This document shows, piece after piece, positions 12,401-24,504 of a DNA stretch of 64,000 nucleotides; positions within the stretch are counted from its first letter, which is position 1, and the number at the start of each line of letters is the position of its first letter. Both the position numbers and the translations under genes were made by a program. The notes under the pieces were generated by a model that ran no database searches, was not told the origin of the DNA, and worked only from the letters and a program-made list of their open reading frames with translations. Origin of the DNA: Mobula birostris (taxonomy: Eukaryota); the NCBI RefSeq assembly GCF_030028105.1, contig NC_092390.1, positions 18,016,072 through 18,080,071 on the forward strand, written 5' to 3'.

Positions 12401-12952
12401 CTGGGACAGGCAGCGGAGGTAGCGCTGGGCGGCCTCCCGGGAAATGGCTGCCGGCTGGCTGAAGAGATCCTCGCAGGGCAGGGTGGCGAGGAGCCGGCGG
12501 AGCTCGGCCGGCGTCGGTGGCAGGGCGGAGGCGTTGGCGCCGAGCGTGCGGGGGTCCAGGTGCTCGCTGAAGGCGCAGGTAAAGCACTTTCCATCCAGGA
12601 GCGTGACGCTGAGCCAGACCACGGGGGCGATGAGCGCTCTCTGTAGAGTGGAGCAGAACATGTAGCGGAGCACCGCCCCGTCCTTGGATCGGCGCCCCTC
12701 CGGCCGCCGCCACTCCTCCACCAGCACCGACACGTTGTTGTTGAGCACGAAGCCGAACAGGAGCAGCAGCAGCGGCGGCAGGGTGAAGACGACCAGCGCG
12801 TAGGGCAGGTTGTGGCTGGGCAGGCAGGGGCAGGTGAACTCAAAGCTGGAGTAGACTTGGGCGCTGCTCAGAGCCAGCAGCCCGCACACTCCGTTCATGA
12901 AGGACTCCTGGTTGGACTGCAGGAACTGGAACACCAGCCGGAACTTATCCAT
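12401..12952 (-). CDS. CALHM1: CALHM1 exon 1 (calcium homeostasis modulator 1, TM1-TM3)
   Basis: [21 protein letters not shown]...CPC...NNNVS...RYMFCS...LLDGKC...YLRCLSQ, closely matching human CALHM1. ATG at 12952, donor cag|gtgaga; 184 codons; CpG-rich. Confidence 0.96.
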
Positions 12953-13699
12953 GTCCCCGCACCGATCCTCGATTCTCAATCAACTGGCGCTCTCTCGGTC
13001 ACATCTTCCCGTTTCTGTCCTATTCCCCGACCGCCCACCGCCCTCTGCCCCCGACAGTCTCGTCACCGCCGCTTCCCGCCTCGGGGTCTTTGGCGCACTC
13101 GGTGAGATGCGCGGATGTCATTGGGTCCGGAGCCTGACCAAAGTAGCCGGCCGTGATGATTGAGCGCCTGTGGGAGGGGCAATACTGAGGGTACGCCGAG
13201 CTGCGGGAGGGCCAGAGCCGGGGGGACGGGAGGGGCAGTACTGAGAGAGGAGGGAGCACTGTGAGAGGGATGACACTGAGGGAGCGGCTCACTGTGGGTG
13301 TGGCAATGAGGGAGCGTTGCGTTGCAGGTGAGGCAGTACTTCACCGTGCGGTCATTGTTCAATTTACACCGCCGAGTTTCAGATGATGCCTTCACATCCC
13401 CCTGGTTCCCAGTGGGGCGGCGGTGAGAAAACTTCCTGCTGATCATCTATAACATAAATCTTCCCCTTCATCCGTGTGACGGTGAGATCACTGGCTCGTT
13501 TTAATAGAATTTCACCGAGTTTGCCAATGAGCAGATTAATCGCGATATAAACATTAATAAATATTTTCACCTCACGTCCGTGGTCTGTAACCTCACAAAA
13601 ACGACGTGGAACAGACAATGTTGAAAATCGTTTGCAATTGAAGTTGAAGTTGAGGTCTGACTGTACATATTAACAACGTCCATCCGGACCCACGGTGCA

Positions 13700-14790
13700 C
13701 CCACAAAACATGCGGGTGCTGTATTAGTATGGTTAACTAATGGAAAGCAGAGAGTTGGGATACATGGGTGTTTCTCTGGTGGGCAATCAGTGGTGAGCGG
13801 TGTGCCGTAGGGGTCGGTGCTGGGCCCGCAGCTGCTCACGGTAGTATACGTTAACGGCCGAGTGTAGTGTATCTAAGTTTGCTGATGATACTAAGTTGAG
13901 TGGAAAAGCAAATTGTGCAGAAGACACGGAGACTCTGCAGAGAGATATAAATAGGTTAAGTGAGTGGGCAAGGATCTGGCAGATAGAGTACAATGTTGGT
14001 AAATGCGAGGTCATCTACTTTGGAAGGAAAAATGGAAGTTTAGATTATTATTTAAATGGTAAAAGATTGCAGCATGCAGCTGCGCAGAGATACTTGGGAG
14101 TGCTTGTGCATGGATCTCAAAAGGTTGGTTTGCGGATACAGCAGGCTATCCAGAAGGCAAATGGAATGTTGGCCTTCATTGCTAGAGGGATTGAATCTAA
14201 GAGCAGGGAGGTTATGCTGCAACTGTACAGGGTACTGGTGAGGCTGCACCTGGAGTACTGTGTGCAGTTCTGGTCTCCTTACTTGAGGAAGGAGGCGATG
14301 CAGAGGAGATTCACCAGATTGATTCCAGAGACGAGGGGGTTGGACTATGAGGAGTGATTGAGTAACCTGGGACTGTACTCACTGGAATTCAGAAGGATGA
14401 GAGGAGATCTTATAGCAATATATAAAATTATGAAAGAGACAGAAGATAGAGGCAGGAAGGTTGTTTCCACTGGTAGGTGAGACTAGAACTAGGGGACATA
14501 GCCTCAAGATTCGGGGAGTAGATTTAGGACAGAGATGAGGAGAAACTGCTTTTCCCAGAAGATGGTGAATCTGTGGAATTCTCTGCGCAATGAAGCAGTG
14601 GAGGCTACCTCAGTGAGTATATTTAAGACAAGGTTGGATAGATTTTTGCATAGTAGGAGAATTAAGGGTTCTGGGAAAAGGGCAGGTAGGTGGAGTTGAG
14701 TCCATGGTCAGATCAGCCAAGATCTTATTGAATGGCGGGGCAGGTTCGACGGGCTGGCGGCCGACTCCTGCTCCTGTCTCTTATGTTCTG
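13700..14790 (+). mobile_element. CR1 LINE 3' fragment of about 1.1 kb
   Basis: SGVP*GSVLGP, KFADDTKL, LQLYRVLVRLHLEYCVQFWSPYL and the typical tail. Confidence 0.92.
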
Positions 14791-15410
14791 ATGTAACATG
14801 CACAGCACATAAACCAAAATGTTACCATAAACAAGTTAGTGAAATATAATTCAAAACACATGTATTGCTCAGCCCAGGTAAACAGTAAACAGTGAATAGC
14901 TCGCTGTCCTAGTGACCTTGATGGTGACATGAGTCTCACAGCCCGAGGGAAGAAGCTGTTTCCCAGACTGGCAGTCCTAGTCCTGGTGCTCCCTTCCTGA
15001 AATGAGATTGTGGGATGGGTGGTCGGGAGCCTCAACAATACTTCGCGGCCCTTCGTCCGCAATGTTCCCCGTAAATGCCATAAATAGGCGTGGGGTGGTA
15101 GGAGACCTCGGCGGCGTTTACTTTCCTCTGTAGGGTCTTGCAGCTTCCGTGCCACCCAGAGAGGACACGCTCAATGGTGTTCCTGTAGAATGGTGTTAGA
15201 ATGGGGGTGGGGAGCCTCGCACGCTTCAGAAAGTGTAAACGCTGCTGCGCCTTATTGACCAGTAAGGAGGTTAGATTGTCCGTTATGTTCTCACCAAGGA
15301 ACTTTGTGCTCTTCACCGTAGAGTCATTGGTGTGCAACGGAGAGTAGTCGTGGACTTCCTGACATCACAATCATCTCTTTTGTCTTGTCCACGTTGACTC
15401 AGGTTTTTGT
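14790..15410 (-). mobile_element. Rex1-type LINE fragment
   Basis: STKFLGENITDNLT...KAQQRLHFLKRARLP...NSFFPRAVRLM. Confidence 0.8.
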
Positions 15411-16508
15411 TCTCCCACTAGGCGCCTAACTTCGCCCCACCGCTTCAGAACACCTCCTCCCCATTCCTGGGGTACCTGCGGACCTTTGTAACTACCTGTG
15501 GTTCTGATAAGATGTCATTGACCTGAGCATTAGCCCCGCTTCTCTCTCCACAGATGCTGCCCGATATAATGAAGATTTTCTACAATTTCCACCTCTCTTT
15601 CCGGTTTCCATCGGAATCACCGATTTAACATGGCCGTATCCCCGCTGGCTCTCTAATATTTTCTTGTAGGCTTTCACGTTGGGTAATATGCCGGATTCTG
15701 ATTCTGCGAAAATCCATCCCACAGACATGAGTTCCTCCGCTGTCCTGACATATAATGCTGCTAAAGTTATTGTTAAAACCCAACGGTACGGGGGGATTAA
15801 CCGAGGGAGCTCCTTCACGCCGACCCTCAGTAACCCCCCTCTCCCAGCACCATGTGTCACTGAATTCATCCCCATTGACGTTGAACCAGCTCCCTCACCG
15901 GCCCTCAGTGATCCCTCTCCCCCACCGCTATGTGTCACTGATTGTATCCCCACTGACGTTAGTTCTGCTCACTGCAGCGGTGAAGCAGCGTCTCCACCAG
16001 ATGTCCCACGGCCCCAAACTTAACTATTATAACTAGTGTAACTAGTGTGAGAGGAGCCATTTTGAGAACTGGGTTTCTGGGTTGGGACGCGCAGAGACAG
16101 GAAGGGTGCGGGAGAGGGGTGTTTGGACCACGACGCCTGGCTGAGTGAAGGGATTGATGGTGGGCGGAGAGGAACATCAGAATGTCTCTTTGTCCTGAAT
16201 CAATTCCCAGGATCAAACCTGGTGAGAGATTTTGACACGTTAACCTTCATAAAGCAGAGTATATTGAAGTTGTATGAGACGTTGCTGAGGCCTAGTTTGA
16301 AGTTCTCTGCGCAGTTCTGGTCACCCTACTGACAGGAAAGTTATCAATAAAATTGAAAGAGGACGGAGAAAATTCACTGGAGCGTAGGAGAATGAGGGGA
16401 GGTAGATATGAGGGGTATAGACAGGGTAAGTACAGGCAGGCTTTTTCCAGTGAGGTAAGGTGAGGCTAGAACTAGAGGTCGTACATTTAGAGTGAAGGGT
16501 GAGATATT

Positions 16509-17390
16509 GCCATAGTTGCTGCACAGAGCACAGGAGTACATTCATAGATGCTCCCATAGTTGGATGCATCAGCGAGGGAGATGAGTACAGGGCTACGGTA
16601 GGAAACTTTGTCACGTGGTGTGAGCAGAATTATCTGCAGCTTAATGTGAAAAAGACTAAGGAGCTGGTGGTAGACCTGAGGAGAGCTAAGGTACCGGTGA
16701 CCCCTGTTTCCATCCAGGGTGTCAGTGTGGGCATGGTGGAGGATTACAAATACCTGGGGATACGAATTGGCAATAAACTGGACTGGTCAAAGAACACTGA
16801 GGCTGTCTACAAGAAGGGTCAGAGCCGTCTCTATTTCCTGAGGAGACTGAGGTCCTTTAACATCTGCTGGATGATGCTGAGGATGTTCTACGAGTCTGTG
16901 GTGGCCAGTGCTATCATGTTTGCTGTTGTGTGCTGGGGCAGCAGGCTGAGGGTAGCAGACACCAACCGAATCAACAAACTCATTCGTAAGGCCAGTGATG
17001 TTGTGGGGATGGAACTGGACTCTCTGACGGCGGTGTCTGAAAAGAGGATGTTGTCTAAATTGCATGCCATCTTGGACAATGTCTCCCATCCACTACATAA
17101 TGTACTGGGTGGGCACAGGAGTACATTCAGCCAGAGACTCATTCCACCGAGATGCAACACAGAGCGTCATAGGAAGTCATTCCTGCCTGTGGCCATCAAA
17201 CTTTACAACTCCTCCCTTGGAGGGTCAGACACCCTGAGCCAATAGGCTGGTCCTGGACTTATTTCATAATTTACTGGCATAATTTACATATTACTATTTA
17301 ACTGTTTATGATTTCATTACTATTTATTATTTATGGTGCAATTGTAATGAAAACCAATTTCCCCCGGGATCAATAAAGTATGACTATGAC
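16509..17390 (+). mobile_element. Young 5'-truncated Rex1-type LINE nested in a CR1 fragment (16240-16508 and 17391-17640)
   Basis: Uninterrupted ORF to 17245 (WCEQNYLQLNVKKTKELVVD...KKGQSRLYFLRRLRSF...SFLPVAIKLYN), AATAAA plus (tatgac)n tail, and TATT duplicated at 16505-16508 and 17391-17394. Confidence 0.92.
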
Positions 17391-18059
17391 TATTTAAGGC
17401 GAACCTGAGGGGGAACTTCTTCACTCAGAGGGAGTGCGAGTGTTGAACGAGCTGCCGGAAGAAGTAGCGGATGTGGGTTCAGCTGCAACATTTGAGGGAA
17501 GATTGGATAGGTACATGGATGGGAGGGCCGTGAAGGACTGTGGTTCAGGTGCAGGTTGATGGGGCTAGGCAGAATAACAGTTAGGCAGAGACTAGATGGG
17601 CCGAAGGGCCCGTTTCAGTGTTGTAATGCTCTGTCACTTTATGACCATTGCTGGCCCCTGAGAGGGGCAGGAAGAGGGTTGAAGTCTGCGCGTACTTGAC
17701 TGCGCGCACCGAAACTCGCGGCAAAAGTCCATCCTGGTTCCCCCGGTTTTTGTTCTCCCCCACCTCCCCCTGATGGCTTGAGGGAGGAGAGGGTTGGGTT
17801 GACGTCACACCGGGGCCAAGTGTGAGATGTTGTTTCATTGTTGGCTAAATGCTGATGTAATTTGTATTTATTTACATCTGCTTTGTGAAGTCAGTGTCAA
17901 ACCCAGAGGTAACATTTCCATTCAATTTAAGTTCCCTTTGAAGGACGCCTTGGACTCTCCAAAGAATTCTCAACAAGGCCACAAAGAGATATGTAAGAAA
18001 CTAATGCTGAAATCTGGAGTTAAAAAGTGAGCAACTTTAGGACATAATCACTACAGTCT

Positions 18060-21000
18060 TATGAACATGTCTTATGAGGATAGGCTGAGCGAGCTAGGCT
18101 TTTCTCTTTGGAGTGAAGGGGGATGAGGCTTGACATAATAAAAGTGAATAAAATAATAAGAGTCATAAATAAAATAGACAGATTCACCCCCTTCCCCACC
18201 ACTGCCAGGAGGGAAATAGTTAATACAAGGGGGCATAATTTTAAGCTGTTCAGAGGAAAGTATAGTGGGGGGAGAGAATTCTGAGGCAGGTTTTTTACAC
18301 AGAGAGTGGTGGATGCATGGAACGTAGAGCCAGGGGTGGTGGTTGAAGCAGATACATTAGGGAGATGTTGGAGACTCTGAGATAGGCATATGGATGATAG
18401 AAAAATGAGGACTAAGAGGGAGGAAAGGGTTAGATTGATCTTGGAATAGGCTAAAAGTTTGGCACAACATTCTGGACTGAAAGGCCTGCACTGTGTTGTG
18501 ATGTTCTACATTCTATATAAGTGACTCACCTCCTAATCCTCAGCTCACTGTCCAAGAACTAACGCACTCTGGTCCATTCACCCAGTCCCCTGCTCAGAGG
18601 CCTACGGTGACTCTTGCTAACCTGGCCTCAACTTTACATTGTAATCCTCGTTTCCAAATCCCAACGTGACCTCACACCTTCCTATCACTGTAATCCACAC
18701 ACAAACTATCCCATAACCCATTTGGCCTACTCCTGCACCTATTGTCTATTGTCTATTGTCCTCCTCTGCTGGGGCTACTTCATCTCTACTTTAAGCCGAT
18801 CCTCCAAACCTACTTCCTTGACCAAGCTTTCAATTATCCGCCCAACGTCTATAGTTGGTGCTGACTGGTTGCATCACAACCTAACGCCCATGAAAGGAAA
18901 AGTCTTGACAGTGGGCGATACAGCCCAGTCCATCACAATCAAAGCCCTCTACATTAGTAATCACATCTACAAGGACCTCTGCCACAAGAAAGCAGCATCC
19001 ATCTTCAAGGACCCCCGCCATCCAGGCCATGCTCTCTCGTGGTTGAAGGGCAATAACTGTTCCTGAACCTGGCGATGCGGGACCTCAGGTTCCTGTACCA
19101 GAGAGGGCAACTTCACTCACATCAACACTGAACTGATTTCAGAACCTACAGACTCACAGTCGAGAACTCTACAACTCACGCTCTCAGTATTATACGCGTA
19201 TACTATTTGCACAATTCATCTTACTTTCACTTTGATTGACATATCTTTGTTATATACTTTTGCATTTCTTTATTTTCCTGGAAGACAATGTATCTCAAGG
19301 TATTACACGGTAACATATACATACTTTGATAATAAGTTTTCTTTGTCTTTGACTTTCAAGTATCTCCAGATGCGGCCCAGCATTGTTCCCTTGTCACTAT
19401 AGTTTACTGTGTTGACGTTGTTGCTGTTAACACTCAATGTTCGGTTTTAAAGGGCGACAGGAATGGAGAGACAGATCTCTGAAGGGGACAGAATGAGATG
19501 TGAAGGCAGGTGTAAGAAAGCTGCATGGTAGTCTAAACACCCCCTCGCTCCACCTGTGGCGTACAATGGCTACAGTGCGTACCGACTGCAAAATGCACTG
19601 CATTTACTGACTGAGGTTATGCCACCATCCCCGCCCCCCACCCCCCAAGCCCACCACCTCTCCCAACAAGAAGGATAAATGCAGCGGATGCAGGGGAACA
19701 CCAACTGCAGGCTCTCTTTCAAGTCACACTGCATCCTGATTTGGAAATATATCACCAGTCCTCTGTCGTCACTGGGCCGAGACCCGGGAACTCCCATCCC
19801 AACAGCACAGCTTCCCCAGTCAACTGAAGAAGACAGTACACCCCCACCCCCCATAACCTCCTCAAGAACAATTGGGATGGACAATTAACACCGGCCCTGC
19901 AGGTGATGACTACGTCATTTGAATAAATGAAAAATAAACCTAAAGATAGGATTTGTGTGGGTATTTCTCTGAGGCAAATTAATAGCTGCGACCCAGGGAC
20001 TGTGACCGTCACTGCTTGTATTTTTCTGGTTTGAATAGAGTCTTTGTTGATTGAATGCAAATTTGCAAATACTAGGCAAATTAATCTGGTCCACCTGCAG
20101 GGGATGGTGCTGCAGTGCCCTACCTATAATCAAGCCAAGTGAATATTCAGAACCACATTTACGTTCCACGTGCTGGTAGCTCCCCAGCATTGGACTTGTA
20201 CAAATGGCATATTGTTATGCCGTCGGGGTGCTGATTTCAGGGAGACGGCATCAACCATGCTGTACTGTGGGAATGCCTGTATTTTACCGGGATCTTCTCA
20301 GAGCTTCAGGCACACCAGCAGGATTAGGCCATTCATTCCATCGGGTCTGCTCTGCTATTCTATCATGGCTGACTGATTGTCCTTCTCAACCTCGTTCTCC
20401 TGCCTCCTCCCAATAACCATAGATGCTCTGACCAACCTATCAACCTTCGCTTTAAAAACACCCTATGACTTGGCCCCCGTACCTGTGAATGGCGGTGGAC
20501 TGAACAGATTCACCACCCTCTAGCTAAAAAATTGCTCCTCATTCCTGTTCTAAGTGGAAATCTTTCTATTCTGAGACTGTACCCTCTGGTCCTAGACTAT
20601 TGAAAGCATCCTCTCCACATCCACTCTATTTAAGCCCGTCAATATTCGGTATGTTTCAATAAGATCACCCCCACCCCCACAGAGGAAAGTGTTCAGTTGA
20701 TGCAGTGTCTTCATTACATTCTTCAACATTTGGTTTCCCCCCAACACCTACGTGAGGATCTTGTTTGCGGATTTTAGCTCCGCCTTCAACACTATTGTTC
20801 CGGAGTTGCTCCACAGCAAACTACCCCAGCTCGCTGTCTAGCTTTCCGCTACACTATCTATCAGTGGATCACAACCTTCTCCACCCACCCTAGAAGCCTC
20901 CTATTCACCAAATTGCCAGCAGGGAGTCGCTGCAAATCCATCGCCCTCAGGACCACACGTCACCCCCGAAGCTTCTCTCCTGTAGCTCCCCAGCTTCTCA

Positions 21001-21600
21001 ACGAAACTCACTCGTCCCTGCACAGCATCCATCAAATGGTCTTTCCAGCTCTCCTTGTTCTGTTAGTTTCTTCATATGTCATGTTTATTTAAATTTGTTT
21101 GTTGACGTTTGCGCATGAGACTGTTCGGTTAATTATTGATTGCTCATGGCTATTGTCTTGTAAACTGTTGGTTGCTATTGTGTTGTTTCTCACGACATTG
21201 TCCTGTGTTTTATGCTTGGCACCGAACCACAATCTATTCTGGTATGTTTTACATACTGGCAACATAGTGATTCTCATTCCTCTGAGTTCCGGCGAGTGTA
21301 AGCCCAGCGCCATCAAGCACGCCTCACATGTTAACCCTTTCAATCCCGGGTAATTCTCGTGAACCTCATCCAGCGCCTCTCCAATACCAGCTCATCCCTT
21401 CTCAGATAGCAGCCCAAAACTGCTCACAATACTCCAGATGTAAACCATTTGACCAATCAGACCATTGCCTTATAAATTCTCGGCATTACACCCTTGATGT
21501 TGTATTCTATGCCTCTCGAAATGAATGCTAGCTTTGCATTTGTCTTCTTTGCCACCAACTCAGTTTGTATGTTAACCCTAATGGAATCCTGCACAAGGAC
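18060..21600. mobile_element. Mosaic of decayed CR1 and Rex1 fragments
   Basis: CR1 3' pieces (18060-18520 +, 20310-20670 -, 21270-21600 -) and Rex1 pieces (18850-19360, 20710-21270, including the FADFSSAFNTI RT motif). Confidence 0.65.
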
Positions 21601-22990
21601 TCCCAAGGATGGGTCTGACCCGTTGCTGCACAGCATTCCAGTCATCGGGATGCTGCCGCACTACTTGTCCTTTGCTGAAAAGTTCTTCCAGGCCAGCACC
21701 TTTGACCAGGCAGCGGTCAGCAAGAAACGTCCTGCAGACACTACAGGAGACGAATTCGATCTGTACAGTGGGGCGGTTTCCCAGTTACTGCATGCCCGAA
21801 GCATCACCACACAGCCCTTCCGCCTTGCGGGATGACCATGGCGAGGAAGGGACAGTAGCCCGCCTCTTTGCGGACTGTGGGACTGTGGGTTTGCAAAGAG
21901 CGTCTGGAGAAATCCCATAGCAGACAGACGAGTGACAGAGGACTCTCATCTACGATCTGTTCCCACAGAGCCCAACATCAAGTGCTGTTGGCAGGTCATC
22001 AACTGGGTGAAAGAGGCCCCAAACTTGTTGGTCTGCCACACATCGAGATGTGCTGCCAGTGGGGAAGGACGACGGTGTACGGTTGTTCTCCTACTGTAGA
22101 GAGAGGGGCTGGGCGGGAGGATTACTACATGATTCCCATCCCAAATCCCATTCTGGAGAGTACGTCCCTCAAATACATGCGCGATATCCTGTCAAAGGCT
22201 TTCTCCTGCTCCAAGCTGACTAGCCGGACGTCCAACTGCTGTCCTGCACATTGCAATGGCGACCCTCAGCAGCAGGAGGCTGGGAAAGCCCTTCCAGCCA
22301 GGTACGACACGGGTTTGGTGTGGGTGGATCACCTGTCCCAGAACAGAGAGAGGACAGGAAGTTCTGTGGGGCTGTGGTGCCCGTGGCCTTCCTGTCATAC
22401 CCTGCAGATCCTCAGTATGTCCGCCACTGATCAGTCCTCACAGCGCTTCCCCTGTGAACCTTCTGCTAGAAGAAAGGTGAGCACGTCCCATCCTTTTCCA
22501 CGGTGTGGACCCTGGATCGGCAGATAATCTTGGAGGATTCGGCGGCGATGTCCTGGGCTTGCCCGCCTTCGTAACTCCTCCCTCACGCCCCCCCCCCCCC
22601 TTCACTGCAGGAGGAGAAGGTGCTGGAGCTCAGTCTGGAGCTTACGCGGTTCCCTCTGACTCTGCTTCGCTTTCTGAGCCCCTTTGCGGGGCTGCTCGAG
22701 GCCGGCCAGCTGCTTGCTCCGCACGGGTGAGCCGGAGCAGAGTGTTTCGGTACAGTAAGTCTACCACGTGGAGCCCCCACGCCCACCACCACCTCCTTGA
22801 CTTGGTGATTGAGAAGTCGCCTCCCCAGAGCTGAATCTCCAGGTCGCTGCGCGATAATCGTTGCCCCCCACCACACAGATAAACTATGGGGCCACCATCG
22901 CGACCATTTCCGGTAGTTGCGGAAAATCACATCAGCCAGGTACCGCACGACGCTGATATATCGCACGTTCTCCTGACACTGAGCACGTTC
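21600..22990. mobile_element. Rearranged Tx1/L1-type LINE remnant
   Basis: Plus strand carries C-terminal motifs LPHYLSFAEKFFQ and SARNVLQTLQE; minus strand carries endonuclease-like YLADVIF...NYRKWSRWWPH...VKEVV. Confidence 0.6.
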
Positions 22991-23084
22991 AAAGGGGCCA
23001 GTTCACGATTCGTCTAGAGGCTTATATCTTATCCTAGTCACTCAGCCTGAGTCATCGTGCCCACCCTGTTAGTTGAAAAGACGC

Positions 23085-24215
23085 CACTGCCTTCTCTCAA
23101 TTCCTCCGTCTCCGCCGCATCTACTCTCAGGATAAGGTTTTTCATTCTAGAACTAAGGAGATGTCCTACTTTTTCGAAGAAAGGGGCTTCTCTTTATCCA
23201 ACATCAACGCTGCCCTCAACCACATCTCTTCCATTTCACGCACGCCTGTTCTCACCCCATCCTCCCACAACGTTAGGGTTCCTCTTGTCCTCATCTACCA
23301 CCCCACCAGCCTCCGCGTCCAGCGCATAATTCTCCGGAGCTACCGCCAGCTCCAACGGGATCCCACCGCCAAGCGCATCTTTCCCTCCCCCACCCCTAAA
23401 TTTCTGTTTTCCGAAGGGATCGCTCCCTTGTCCATTTGTCCCTCCACACTGATCTCCCTCCCGGCACTCATCCTTGCAAGCGAAACAAGTGCTACACCCG
23501 CCCCTACACCTCCTCCCTCACTACCATTCAGGGCCCCAAACAGTCCTTCCAAATGAGGGGGCACTTCACCTGTGAGTCATCTATTGTATCAGGTGCTCCC
23601 GGTGTGGCCTCTTTTATATCAGTGAGACCCGACGTAGATTGGGAGACAGCTTCACAGAGCATCTACGCTTCTTCCAGCTGAAAAAGCAGGACCTCCCAGT
23701 GGCCACCCATTTGAATTCCACTTCCCATTCCCATTCCGATATGTCCATCCATGGCCTCCTCCACTGTCGTGATGAGGTCACACATAGGTTGAAGGAACAA
23801 CACCTTATAATCCGTTTGGGTAGTCTCCAACCTGATGGCATGAACATCAATTTCTCAAATTTCCGATAGTGTCCCCCCTTCACCATTCCCCATCCGCTTT
23901 CCCCTCTCTCACCTTATCTCCTTGCCGACCCATCACCTCCCTCTGGTGGTCCTCCCCCCTTTTCTTTCTGCCATGGCCTTTCTGTCTCTTACACCAATCT
24001 ACTTCCCAGCTCTTTACTTCATCCCACCCCCTCCAGGTTTCACGTCTCACCTGTGTTCCTCTCTCCCGTCCACCCCACTCCCACATTTTAAATCTACTCC
24101 TCAGCTTTTTTTTTTCTCCAGTCCTGCCGAAGAGTTTCGGACCGAAACATCGACTATACTCTTTTCCATAGACGCTGCCTGGCCTGTTGAGTTCCTCCAG
24201 CATTTTGTGTGTGTT
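23085..24215 (+). mobile_element. Penelope-like element 3' part (RT C-terminus, GIY-YIG endonuclease, tail)
   Basis: FFEERGFS...RVPLVLIYHPTS, HFTCES, YISETRRRLGDSFTEHLR...PVATHLNS...EQHLIIRLGSLQPDGMNINFSNF; the tail has a hammerhead-like motif at 24119-24155. Confidence 0.88.
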
Positions 24216-24504
24216 CCCTTGTCCTGGTGCAGTTTGGGTTCCACGTACATACAGAGCGTGAGAAGCTGTAGCCTTTGTTTGAATCTTTGAAGGGGCTTCT
24301 CCATAAGTTCCAGCAATACCTCAGCCCAACTCTCCTTGGGCACCCGGTGGAGAGGGTAGTGTCGGTCCGGAGAACCCTCTCGTGTGTTGTTGACCGATGG
24401 AATAAAACTCATCCTCCTGAAAACGCAAATTTGAACATTCGCTGTTTCTATACAACAATTTATGAATGAAGCATCATTTGAAATAGAAAACAAAAGTTCG
24501 ACAC

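Noticed and set aside
12953-12979. N-terminal extension MRIEDRCGD of CALHM1 shown in the ORF track
   Set aside because: It starts at TTG, not ATG; the homologous start is the ATG at 12952.
16499-17245. Intact 248-aa ORF as a possible host gene
   Set aside because: It is the C-terminal part of a Rex1-type RT with a LINE tail and target-site duplication.
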